Shown in pieces: positions 1 to 7,224 of a stretch of DNA of 39,726 bases. The DNA comes from a virus. Its lineage: Duplodnaviria; Caudoviricetes. The first letter of the stretch is position 1. Each line of letters begins with the position of its first letter. The position numbers and the translations under genes were made by a program. Location: IMG/VR virus record IMGVR_UViG_3300037461_000129, positions 1 through 39,726 of that record; one strand, written 5' to 3'. Below the pieces are notes generated by a model that ran no database searches, was not told the DNA's origin, and saw only the letters and a list, made by a program, of their open reading frames with translations.

Positions 1-316
1 GGTGATCTGCCGGCGGTCTTGTTTCGTGCCGCTCGAGAATCGCCGGCTGTCGGCGTTGGCAACAATCCACACTCGTTGCCTTCTGTGCGGCGCTCCGGCA
101 TGGACAGCACCCACCACGACCGGCCAGCAGGTGTAGCCAAGCGATTCCAGGTCAGCGAGCACCTCGTCAGCCGCTGTAGTGCGCAGGCCAGGGACGTTCT
201 CAACGACAACCCACGCGGGTCGTGCCTCCTCGATGATTCGTGCGAACTGCGGCCAGAGGTGCCGTGCATCGTCGCGTCCCCGGCGACTGCCGGCGACCGA
301 GTGCGGCTGGCAGGGG
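1..316. repeat. Terminal direct repeat, copy 1 (circular overlap with 39411-39726)
   Basis: Base-by-base comparison gives 308/316 identity, with mismatches at 120, 132, 163, 181, 191, 196, 208 and 230. Confidence 0.97.
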
Positions 317-519
317 AAGCCGCCGGTAACGAGGTCAACGCGAAGTCCTCTGGCGTCGAGTTCGTGGATGTCGTCATGTATCGGCACTCCCGGAAAGTTT
401 TTGGCCAGAATCTTTCTGCAGTAAGGCTCGATCTCGCAGAAGGCCACCGTCTCCCAACCCATCCACCGGGCGGCGAGCGCGAAGCCGCCGATGCCGCTGA
501 ACAGGTCGAGGTGCCTCAC
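1..519 (-). CDS. C5 cytosine DNA methyltransferase, N-terminal part (continues across the junction to 39069; about 286 aa in total)
   Basis: Manual translation from GTG 519, which overlaps the int stop (GTGA): MRHLDLFSGIGGF (motif I), GGFPCQ (IV), VENVPG (VI), HRRQRVWIVA (VIII). Confidence 0.95.
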   Translation of the reverse strand, partial: MRHLDLFSGIGGFALAARWMGWETVAFCEIEPYCRKILAKNFPGVPIHDDIHELDARGLRVDLVTGGFPCQPHSVAGSRRGRDDARHLWPQFARIIEEARPAWVVVENVPGLRTTAADEVLADLESLGYTCWPVVVGAVHAGAPHRRQRVWIVANADSRRFSSGTKQDRRQIT

Positions 520-1484
520 CGGATCGGCCTGACTTTGGTGACGCTCCTGCGCGCCACATACGCTTCGGTCATGGTCGCACTGGCATGTCCGGCGAGCGCC
601 TGCGCGTAGTCGATCCCGGACTTCTCCTTGGCCAGCGTCAAGGTCGTACCGCGCAGATCGTGGAAGTGCGCGTCCACCACGCCCACCCGGCGGCACAGCC
701 TGATCCACGCAGTCTGCACCGCGCCAGACTTCACTGGCGCACCCCTGTCGTCGGCGAATAGGTAGACACTGCCTACCCGCCGCCGCAGCCGCTTGGCGCG
801 GCCTACAGCCTCACGCAGCGCGTCCGACCACTGGTAGCAGATCCGCGCGCCGGTCTTGCCGTGCTCCACCTGGATGCCGTCCTCGGTCAGGTCCGACAGG
901 CGCAGCCGCAGCAGATCGCCTTGCCGCATGGCGGTGAGCAGCGCCAGGTCGATCAGGCAGCGCATCCGCGGATTGGCCGCCTCGCGCAGCGCGGCCAGCT
1001 CGCCGTCGGACAGCACCCGGCGGCGGTCCTTGGCCGCTGGCATCTCGACGCCACGGCAGGGGTTGACGGTGATCCAGCCGAGCCGGTGGACGTACCCGAG
1101 CGCGGCGCTCAAGAGCTTGATCTCCTGCCGGCCGGACGCCTTGGCCGAGCGCGCGTCCAGGTACTCATAGACGTGCGTGGCCTTGATCTGCGCCACGTCG
1201 CTGAACTCGGCGAAGGCGGCTTCCAACCTGCGCCTGTGCTTGCCGTAGGCGGCAACCGTGGACTCGGCCAGGTCCGGCGCCTTGTGCAGCAGGTAGCGGT
1301 CGATGGCCGACGCCACCGTCCGGGTCAACGGCTTCGACGCCTCGCCTTCGATGGCCTGCCACAGGCGCACGGCTTCGGACAGGTCGGCGCTCAGGCGCTT
1401 CCACACGACCTTGCCGCCGACGCGCTTCACGAAGTAGTACGCGCCGTGGCGAAAGTGCATGTGGCGTAGCTTGACGGGTGTCAC
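516..1484 (-). CDS. int: Tyrosine recombinase / phage integrase
   Basis: TAMRQGDL (catalytic R), HGKTG (K), HFHDLRG (HxxR), LAGHAS...TEAY (H and Y). Confidence 0.95.
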   Translation of the reverse strand: MTPVKLRHMHFRHGAYYFVKRVGGKVVWKRLSADLSEAVRLWQAIEGEASKPLTRTVASAIDRYLLHKAPDLAESTVAAYGKHRRRLEAAFAEFSDVAQIKATHVYEYLDARSAKASGRQEIKLLSAALGYVHRLGWITVNPCRGVEMPAAKDRRRVLSDGELAALREAANPRMRCLIDLALLTAMRQGDLLRLRLSDLTEDGIQVEHGKTGARICYQWSDALREAVGRAKRLRRRVGSVYLFADDRGAPVKSGAVQTAWIRLCRRVGVVDAHFHDLRGTTLTLAKEKSGIDYAQALAGHASATMTEAYVARRSVTKVRPIR

Positions 1485-1681
1485 AGCGCCCCTACCCGCA
1501 GCCGTGGCTCCCTGACCGGCCGCTTGCTCAGTAGCCTACCCTCAACCTCCGCGCGCAGCACGCGCGGTCGGCCGTCGGCGCCGAGGACGTAGCGCAACCC
1601 CTGCGCGGACAACCAACGAATCTGCGCCGAGGACCGGCGCAGTCCGGTGAGGTCGCGCAGATCGTCAGGCGTCAGGAACAT
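1481..1681 (-). CDS. xis: Excisionase-like protein (DUF4224 type)
   Basis: MFLTPDDLRDLTG...AQIRWL...G..Y...ADGRPRV, 66 aa, directly upstream of and overlapping int. Confidence 0.8.
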   Translation of the reverse strand: MFLTPDDLRDLTGLRRSSAQIRWLSAQGLRYVLGADGRPRVLRAEVEGRLLSKRPVREPRLRVGAL

Positions 1682-1931
1682 CGCCCAGCGCCTCCGCAAT
1701 CTCTCGCAGCACCGTCTCGCCGTCGGCGATCCGCCGCGCAGCGGCTTGTTGGGCGCTCTCGCTGTACTCCGGCGAGAGGAACAGCCGCCACTCGGCAACG
1801 TTGCCGTGTACATGCGGCTCGCACCGCGCGAGCAACTCGCGCAACCGATCGATCTCGGCAATCGCCTCGCCGATCCCGTCCCAGCGCATGGCATTCTCTG
1901 CCGCGCGCAGCCTCTCCACTATGTCACTCAT
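1665..1931 (-). CDS. Small hypothetical early protein (EIDRL coiled-coil motif)
   Basis: MSDIVERLR...EIDRLRELL...EALGD. GGAGG RBS and overlaps with both neighbours. Confidence 0.75.
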   Translation of the reverse strand: MSDIVERLRAAENAMRWDGIGEAIAEIDRLRELLARCEPHVHGNVAEWRLFLSPEYSESAQQAAARRIADGETVLREIAEALGDVPDA

Positions 1932-2175
1932 CACCCAGCGCCTCCCATAGCCTACCTGACGCATCCAGCAGTGCGCCGGTCGCCCGATGCGGGTACATTG
2001 CGTGGTAGGTCTTGATGGCGGCGTGTGCATACCGGGCCGCTGCGCGAAGCCGCTCGATCTCATCCCTCTGGGATGACATCTGCATGTGCAGCAAGATCCG
2101 TAGTCTCTCGACTTCATCGCGCAAGCATTCAGTATCGTCTTGCTTAGCTAATTCTGCTCCACGGATGTCAGGCAT
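1924..2175 (-). CDS. Small hypothetical early protein (EIERL motif)
   Basis: 83-aa ORF ending EALGDE, overlapping both neighbours. Confidence 0.7.
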   Translation of the reverse strand: MPDIRGAELAKQDDTECLRDEVERLRILLHMQMSSQRDEIERLRAAARYAHAAIKTYHAMYPHRATGALLDASGRLWEALGDE

Positions 2176-2530
2176 TTTTCCTTACCCCTTCATACAAAAT
2201 GAGCGTCGCGCCACTGATGTTATCGTCATTCAGGGCGTCTAATGCATTAGTGATACGCTCACGCAACCGGTCTATTTCTTCTTTCATCATGTCACCAGCT
2301 TCGATGCAGGAACGACGAGCTTTGCGCCAATGAATCACAGCCTTCCGCAACCGATCGATCTCCTTCACTGCCTGCGCCATCGCATCGCCAACGTCCCCAT
2401 CCCAAGAAATACCTTCTATGGAGAGCCATGCCTTCTCCACCCGGTCGATAACATCCTGCAGCCGCTCGATCTCGGCGTCCTTCTCCGCCAAGGCCGCGCC
2501 ATGATCGTCGTAATTGTTAATGTCACTCAT
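2168..2530 (-). CDS. Small hypothetical early protein (three EI[E/D]RL motifs)
   Basis: Starts MSDINN after a GGAGG RBS; has coiled-coil motifs. Confidence 0.75.
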   Translation of the reverse strand: MSDINNYDDHGAALAEKDAEIERLQDVIDRVEKAWLSIEGISWDGDVGDAMAQAVKEIDRLRKAVIHWRKARRSCIEAGDMMKEEIDRLRERITNALDALNDDNISGATLILYEGVRKNA

Positions 2531-2777
2531 CGCCCAGCGCCTCCCGCGCAATCTTCCGCATCTCGTAGGCCGTCTCGCTATCGACGCAGGGGTGCAGGGA
2601 CACCCATGCGATCCTGTCGAGCGCGGTGCTCAGCCGCTCGATCTCGTCGGCGATGGGGAGGAGGTCCGTGGGGTGCCACATCTCGCGCACCTTCACGCCG
2701 TCGTCGCCTGATTCGGCGTACAGCACGCCGGCAGTGCTTTCGGCCACCCTGCGTAGCCAAGCTACTGTGTCACTCAT
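2523..2777 (-). CDS. Small hypothetical early protein (EIERL motif)
   Basis: MSDTVAW...DEIERL...AREALGDE; ATGA overlap with the upstream gene. Confidence 0.75.
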   Translation of the reverse strand: MSDTVAWLRRVAESTAGVLYAESGDDGVKVREMWHPTDLLPIADEIERLSTALDRIAWVSLHPCVDSETAYEMRKIAREALGDE

Positions 2778-3001
2778 GCCCGCCGGCTCCATTCCTCAAC
2801 CGCGTCCGCTGCCGAGGCGTTCGGGTCCGGATCTGCGTCGTCCTCGGCCAGGTGATTGCTCGGCCCCTGCGCGCCGCACACGTTGCAGACCACGGCCCAC
2901 ACGCCCGGCTGAATCTCCGACACCGCGATGTCGTCATCGAGCGCCCAGCAGAACGGACAAGGTCGCGGGTCAGTCACTTTGCCGTACTGGTTCGTTGCCA
3001 T
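2774..3001 (-). CDS. Lar-family restriction alleviation-like zinc-ribbon protein
   Basis: PRPCPFC...VVCNVCGAQGP...AVEEWSRRA pattern; AGGAG RBS. Confidence 0.75.
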   Translation of the reverse strand: MATNQYGKVTDPRPCPFCWALDDDIAVSEIQPGVWAVVCNVCGAQGPSNHLAEDDADPDPNASAADAVEEWSRRA

Positions 3002-3012
3002 TGATGCCGCTC

Positions 3013-3216
3013 CTAGTAGCACGTCACCATGTTGCCGTTACGAAAGCAGTTCACCGGCTGGCGCAGCGGCGGCAATGCCGGCGCTTGGTAGCGCGGCGCC
3101 GTGAGCAGATGCAGTCCGCCCCAGAACATCGGGTCGTCGGCCAGTGCGCGCGATCCGCCGGCGCTGGCATAGCAGCCTGACAGCGCAACAGCAGCGAGCA
3201 GAAACAGCGGTTTCAT
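3013..3216 (-). CDS. Small putative lipoprotein
   Basis: MKPLFLLAAVALSGC signal peptide with lipobox; GAGGGAG RBS. Confidence 0.7.
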   Translation of the reverse strand: MKPLFLLAAVALSGCYASAGGSRALADDPMFWGGLHLLTAPRYQAPALPPLRQPVNCFRNGNMVTCY

Positions 3217-3389
3217 GGTGCTCTCTCCCTCAGTCGTTGGCGGTTGCGCCACTCGGTAACGCACGCCGGATGGCCGCGCCGCACGATGGCATAGCTCGGC
3301 AGGTAGTTCGCGCCGAGCGCGCCGACTTCGAGCGGCTGCTTGCACAGATCGCACAAGCGGCCGGGAACCTGGTTGCGAGTGACGCGCAT
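3213..3389 (-). CDS. Small putative zinc-binding protein (58 aa, not in ORF track)
   Basis: Manual translation MRVTRNQVPGRLCDLCKQPL...GHPACVTEW gives CxxC plus HxxC; TGATG and ATGA overlaps at its ends. Confidence 0.65.
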   Translation of the reverse strand: MRVTRNQVPGRLCDLCKQPLEVGALGANYLPSYAIVRRGHPACVTEWRNRQRLRERAP

Positions 3390-3640
3390 CAAAACGGCAC
3401 CGGATCATCCCAAGCGTCGAGGGCTGGCGTCGTCGCCGGCCGCGTCGCGGCGCGTGCCTCCTTCGGCGTGAAGCTCAGGCTCACCCACTTGTCGCCGGTC
3501 TTGGGCACCTTGGTCCAGGCAGACACCCAATACTCGGTGCCGCCGATCAGGGCCGAGCCTTTCAGGTTCGGGTGTGATTCTGTCTCGCGCTTGTCGTTCT
3601 TGAACAAGCTGCCGCTGTTGTCTCGCTGTTCGTATGGCAT
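3389..3640 (-). CDS. Putative small single-stranded DNA-binding protein
   Basis: GSLFKN...PNLKG...EYWVSAW...SLSF core with an acidic DDPVPF C-terminus like SSB tails; lies in the recombination cluster. Confidence 0.7.
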   Translation of the reverse strand: MPYEQRDNSGSLFKNDKRETESHPNLKGSALIGGTEYWVSAWTKVPKTGDKWVSLSFTPKEARAATRPATTPALDAWDDPVPF

Positions 3641-3649
3641 TGCTGTCTC

Positions 3650-4018
3650 CTAGCTGTACGCGCGCATCTCAGCGCGCTCGGTGGCCTTCACTGACTGGTA
3701 CAAACTGCTGTAGAGCCGCAGCGCCTCCCACTCCGCATCGGCGCGGCCGTATTCCAGCTCGGCCGCCTCGATGTCCTCGACCATGCGCTGATAGTCGTCA
3801 CTCGCTCGCGCCTCGCGCTCCTGTGCCGCCACGCTGCTGAACTCCAGCGCATACGTCCGACTCAGCACGGCGAGCAGGACCTTGCGCTTGTGCTCCAGGC
3901 CGACGAGCTTGCTGCGAGCAATGGCCCTGCGCTCACCGGCCGCGCGCAGCCGTTCTAGCCAGCGCTCCAGTCGCTCCGTCGCCTCATTCGTCGTTGGCGG
4001 CGACGGAGATGCGGGCAT
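3650..4018 (-). CDS. Helical hypothetical protein of the recombination module (start uncertain)
   Basis: Sits between exonuclease and SSB-like genes; SVAAQEREARASDDY segment; nearest in-frame ATG chosen as start. Confidence 0.65.
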   Translation of the reverse strand: MPASPSPPTTNEATERLERWLERLRAAGERRAIARSKLVGLEHKRKVLLAVLSRTYALEFSSVAAQEREARASDDYQRMVEDIEAAELEYGRADAEWEALRLYSSLYQSVKATERAEMRAYS

Positions 4019-4862
4019 AGGTCGTGCTCTTGCCGCGGTAGGCATTCTGTGTCTCCTGCGTGATTTCCAGCGTCTTGGCGAGCTTCTTCCAGTCGACAGC
4101 GCCGGCCCGCTCGACGTACTCCAGCCGCACGCCGCCGCCCTCGGCCGGCGCGTAGTAGGCCAGTGCCTCGAGCTGCTTCTTGGCCTCGTCGAGCGCCGCG
4201 GCGGCCTCGTCGGCCACGCTCTTGCGGTAGACGTACTGACGTGCCGCGTCGAGCCATGCGGGATCGCGCCGCTCGTTGGTGAGGTACTGCGCCGGGGTGA
4301 GCACGGCCATGCGGTACTCGGCCAGGAAGGCGGCAACCTGCGGCTGCACGGCGTCCCACCACGTTGGATCGCGGCGCACGAAAAACGTCTTGCTCTCGGC
4401 CGGCGTCCAGAAGTGCAGAGCGCACTCGGGCAGGCCCATTACCATCATCCCGAGCTGCACTTGGTCGGCGTAGTGCGCCGGCACGTCGTCGGGAAGCGCG
4501 CGGTTGAACGGGCACTTGATCTCAACGAGGTACTTCCCTGGAACGTGCGCATCGGGCGAGTAGCCGAGACAGGCATCATCGGGCAGGGTGTACCAGCCGC
4601 CGGGGATGATCTCGTCGTCGAGGTCCGCCACCGTCATCTCGAAGTCGGCGAGCGCGGCGTCCTCGTGGTCACGGCCCCATGCCATGGCGGGCGAGTCGCG
4701 GCGGATGTCCTCGCCGAGCGTCTCGCGGACCATCTCGGCGAGCAGGGCCCTGCGCGATTGCCAGGGAGATCGGCCAAGCACGGCGGCGATCCGCGAGCCG
4801 GTAATGCGGCCTACGCGGGCGGCGTGCCATTCTGGCGTGCGCTGCTGCAACTGGGCGTTCAT
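3984..4862 (-). CDS. YqaJ / lambda-exonuclease family nuclease
   Basis: QRTPEWHAARVGRITGS, AMAWGRDHE, YSPD, LVEIKCP and YADQVQ motifs. Confidence 0.93.
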   Translation of the reverse strand: MNAQLQQRTPEWHAARVGRITGSRIAAVLGRSPWQSRRALLAEMVRETLGEDIRRDSPAMAWGRDHEDAALADFEMTVADLDDEIIPGGWYTLPDDACLGYSPDAHVPGKYLVEIKCPFNRALPDDVPAHYADQVQLGMMVMGLPECALHFWTPAESKTFFVRRDPTWWDAVQPQVAAFLAEYRMAVLTPAQYLTNERRDPAWLDAARQYVYRKSVADEAAAALDEAKKQLEALAYYAPAEGGGVRLEYVERAGAVDWKKLAKTLEITQETQNAYRGKSTTYARISVAANDE

Positions 4863-5434
4863 GCGGCCTCCTTCTGCTCCGGCGGCAGCCGCTTGCGGAA
4901 GGCGTCGAGTCGGGCCTTGCCGAAAGCCGTCTTGTCGGCCTCTGGTAGGGCCTTCCAGGCGTTGAGCGCGCCATCCCGACCGCCAGTGGCCAGGGCGGCG
5001 TCGAGCGCCTTCTGTACCCGCTCCGCGGCTTCTGCGCTGTCCTTGTCCTTGGCCGCGTCGTCGTCCTCCTGGGCGACGCCGACCAGCGCGGCGAGCGAGT
5101 ACCGGCGCGCATAGGTGACGACCGACCCAGCGCACTGCGCCGCCGACAAGCCCTTCTTGGCCTCGATCAGCAGCGCCAGGTGTTCAGACTCGAGCCACTG
5201 GCCGCTGCTGTGCACGAGGCGCGTGGCTACGCTGATGTGGTCGCCGACCGTCTCGGTGTCCTGCAGCACGGCGATCCCTTCCGCCGTCAGCGCCGGCCGG
5301 ACGATTTGCAGCACGGCGGCGAGATCTGCGTACTTGTAGCCGTACCCCTGCCGGTCCTTGCTGGCGTCCTTGATCGCCGACTGCGCCTTGGCGAGCGCGG
5401 CAGCAATCTCGTTGATCTGTTCGCTCGTTCTCAT
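4859..5434 (-). CDS. erf: ERF-family single-strand annealing protein
   Basis: YKYADL, TRLVHSSGQWLES and the GSVVTYARRYSLAALVGVAQEDDD signature. Confidence 0.93.
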   Translation of the reverse strand: MRTSEQINEIAAALAKAQSAIKDASKDRQGYGYKYADLAAVLQIVRPALTAEGIAVLQDTETVGDHISVATRLVHSSGQWLESEHLALLIEAKKGLSAAQCAGSVVTYARRYSLAALVGVAQEDDDAAKDKDSAEAAERVQKALDAALATGGRDGALNAWKALPEADKTAFGKARLDAFRKRLPPEQKEAA

Positions 5435-5435
5435 G

Positions 5436-5534
5436 TCACTCTCCGAAACGTCTGTAGACCCAGGCCAGGAGCGCGGCACCGCCGACGATCGTGGCCATGA
5501 AGCCGAACACCAGCGCGGCAGTTACCAGTGTCAC
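5436..5534 (-). CDS. 32-aa single-pass membrane peptide
   Basis: MTLVTAALVFGFMATIVGGAALLAWVYRRFGE; GTGA overlap with the upstream stop. Confidence 0.5.
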   Translation of the reverse strand: MTLVTAALVFGFMATIVGGAALLAWVYRRFGE

Positions 5535-5710
5535 GATGCTTGCCGCCGCAGGTAGTGCGGCACCTCGCCCATGCCGATGAGCTGATCCAGTTCCTCGATC
5601 CGCTCCATCAGCTCGTCCATCTTGTGCAGCGAGAGCCGGCGGTAGAACTCGTCGCGGCGCTGGTCGTCTGTTTGCGGCCGGTCGCCGCAGAAAGGCGAGA
5701 ACTTGACCAT
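5531..5710 (-). CDS. Hypothetical protein (59 aa, not in ORF track)
   Basis: Manual translation MVKFSPFCGDRPQ...VPHYLRRQAS fills the operon gap. Confidence 0.6.
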   Translation of the reverse strand: MVKFSPFCGDRPQTDDQRRDEFYRRLSLHKMDELMERIEELDQLIGMGEVPHYLRRQAS

Positions 5711-5713
5711 GGC

Positions 5714-5791
5714 TCACCCCAGCAAGGCGGCGGCGACGAGCGCCATGAAGACGACTGTCTCGGGACAAAACAGCAGTTCTCGGAAGCTCAT
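5714..5791 (-). CDS. 25-aa hydrophobic peptide
   Basis: MSFRELLFCPETVVFMALVAAALLG; GGAGG RBS and TGATG overlap. Confidence 0.45.
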   Translation of the reverse strand: MSFRELLFCPETVVFMALVAAALLG

Positions 5792-6102
5792 CACCAGCCC
5801 CTCCGGTCGGCGTAGGGGCGGAAACCGCGCTCGCGGTCCCACGCGGCGGCATCGGCGTACTCCTCCTGCACTTCGCGCCAGACCTCGTACCAGCGCGCCT
5901 CAAGCCGGTGCTCGCGCTCGGCGCGCGTCAGGACGCGGGCCAGCGCGATGGACTGCACTAGCTCGAGGACGTGCTCGAGCGTGTCGGGATCCTCGCCCCG
6001 GTTCCACTCGTCGAAGTCGCCGGCATAGAGCGCGGCCTTCTCTGCCAACAGCTCGTCAAGCTCTGCCTGGACTGCCGCCTTGTGCGTGCTGATCGCGTCC
6101 AC
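5791..6102 (-). CDS. Acidic hypothetical protein, first gene of the leftward early operon
   Basis: GGAGG RBS before GTG 6102, directly downstream of PL. Confidence 0.7.
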   Translation of the reverse strand: MDAISTHKAAVQAELDELLAEKAALYAGDFDEWNRGEDPDTLEHVLELVQSIALARVLTRAEREHRLEARWYEVWREVQEEYADAAAWDRERGFRPYADRRGW

Positions 6103-6115
6103 TGTCGCCTCCGCG

Positions 6116-6173
6116 GGAATCAATATGTACCCTCTACAAGCGACACCATAGGACACGATATGTACCCCGTCAA
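6116..6173 (-). promoter_or_regulatory. PL promoter with two 17-bp operators (6116-6132, 6151-6167)
   Basis: Minus strand TTGACG-17-TATGGT, where the spacer is exactly one operator. Plus-strand operators are GGAATCAATATGTACCC and GGACACGATATGTACCC. Confidence 0.8.
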
Positions 6174-6210
6174 GTGGAAATTTGTGCCGATCAGTTGACC
6201 TAGATCGGTA

Positions 6211-6540
6211 CTAGGTATTTTGGCTCTTTGGTCCTGGCCGCGCCTTTATCAGCGCGAGCAGGGCGCGCTTCTCGTCGTCCGGCAACGGCCGCACGGCGTC
6301 GAAGAGCGCCTTGTCGAGATCAGAAACGAGGAAACGCGGATCGTCGCCAACCATCTCGGACAACGACAAACCCGCCATGGCAGCGATTGTTCTTAGCTCT
6401 TCCACGGACGGCTCCCTGGTGCCCCGTAGCCAGTGGCCTACGGCACTACGTGTCACGCCAAGGGCATCGGCTACGTCACGGAACTGCAGTCCGTTGGCCA
6501 GCAAGCCGGCCCTCGCTCGTACATACCACGGAGAGTCCAT
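6211..6540 (-). CDS. cI: CI-like XRE HTH repressor (109 aa, no peptidase domain)
   Basis: FRDVADALGVTRSAVGHWLRGTREP helix-turn-helix; divergent from cro. Confidence 0.85.
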   Translation of the reverse strand: MDSPWYVRARAGLLANGLQFRDVADALGVTRSAVGHWLRGTREPSVEELRTIAAMAGLSLSEMVGDDPRFLVSDLDKALFDAVRPLPDDEKRALLALIKARPGPKSQNT

Positions 6541-6594
6541 GCCGTCATTGTCGCTTAAGGGCGCGACGCCGTGCCACAAAAGGTAGCACGGCAA

Positions 6595-6668
6595 AGGGTA
6601 CACAATGACTCCGCCCGCGTCTACCCCCCCCGGATGCGCTTGCCGAAACGGGGAACAGGGTGTACCCT
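6595..6668. promoter_or_regulatory. Divergent PRM/PR promoters with operators at 6596-6612 and 6651-6667
   Basis: PRM (minus) TAGACG-17-TACCCT at 6623-6595; PR (plus) TTGCCG-17-TACCCT at 6640-6668. Both operators share the TGTACCC half-site with the PL operators. Confidence 0.7.
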
Positions 6669-6675
6669 CTAGCGC

Positions 6676-6885
6676 ATGAACGAAACCACCCCTTTCCAGA
6701 ACTACGTAATGGCCGTCGGCGGGCAGACGAAGGCCGCGCGGAGGCTTGGCGTGTCCAGGTCCATGGTTGGGCACATCTTCCACGGGCGGCGCGGCATATC
6801 GAAGCGCATGGCGGTACTGGTCGAGCAGGACAGCAACGGCGTATGGAACCGCGCGCAACTGCTCTGGCCGGACGACGCCGCATGA
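6676..6885 (+). CDS. cro: Cro-like HTH regulator
   Basis: GGQTKAARRLGVSRSMVGH...QLLWP; divergent from cI. Confidence 0.85.
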   Translation: MNETTPFQNYVMAVGGQTKAARRLGVSRSMVGHIFHGRRGISKRMAVLVEQDSNGVWNRAQLLWPDDAA

Positions 6886-7076
6886 GCCGCGTCCGCGAAC
6901 ACGCGCTGTCACGCGCGTACCTCGACGAGATGGACGACGCCCGCAAGCTCGTTGACGAGCTGCTGGCCGGCGATTGGCCGCTGCCGCGCATCGTCTGGCG
7001 GGCGCGCACGCTCTACCGCGCGATTCATCGCAGAGAGCTGATTCGGCATCGCAGTGGCGACACCGGCGCCGACTGA
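6882..7076 (+). CDS. Hypothetical protein
   Basis: ATGA overlap with cro; 64 aa. Confidence 0.55.
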   Translation: MSRVREHALSRAYLDEMDDARKLVDELLAGDWPLPRIVWRARTLYRAIHRRELIRHRSGDTGAD

Positions 7077-7224
7077 TCCGGCCGGCGTCTGGCAGGCCTG
7101 GGTGGCCGCTGGCGTCGGCGACTCCGAGCGGTACGCGCGGTTCTGGAGTTGATGGACAAGGCGGCGATGACCGAGGCCGAGGCCATCGACTACATCGAGT
7201 TTCTTTGTCAGCAGGGCGGCGGCA

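Larger units (their letters stand above)
1921..2545. repeat. 26-bp direct repeats at 1921-1946 and 2520-2545 (a 17-bp third copy lies at 1679-1695)
   Basis: ATGTCACTCATC(A/G)CCCAGCGCCTCCC, one mismatch between the two full copies. Confidence 0.9.

Noticed and set aside
377-518. Integrase stop readthrough into the overprinted frame (same reading frame)
   Set aside because: The frames do match, but this follows from the ordinary GTGA start/stop overlap, and no readthrough signal is evident.
19-609. 196-aa plus-strand ORF
   Set aside because: It is antisense to the methyltransferase, which the ORF track missed because it runs off the window edge.
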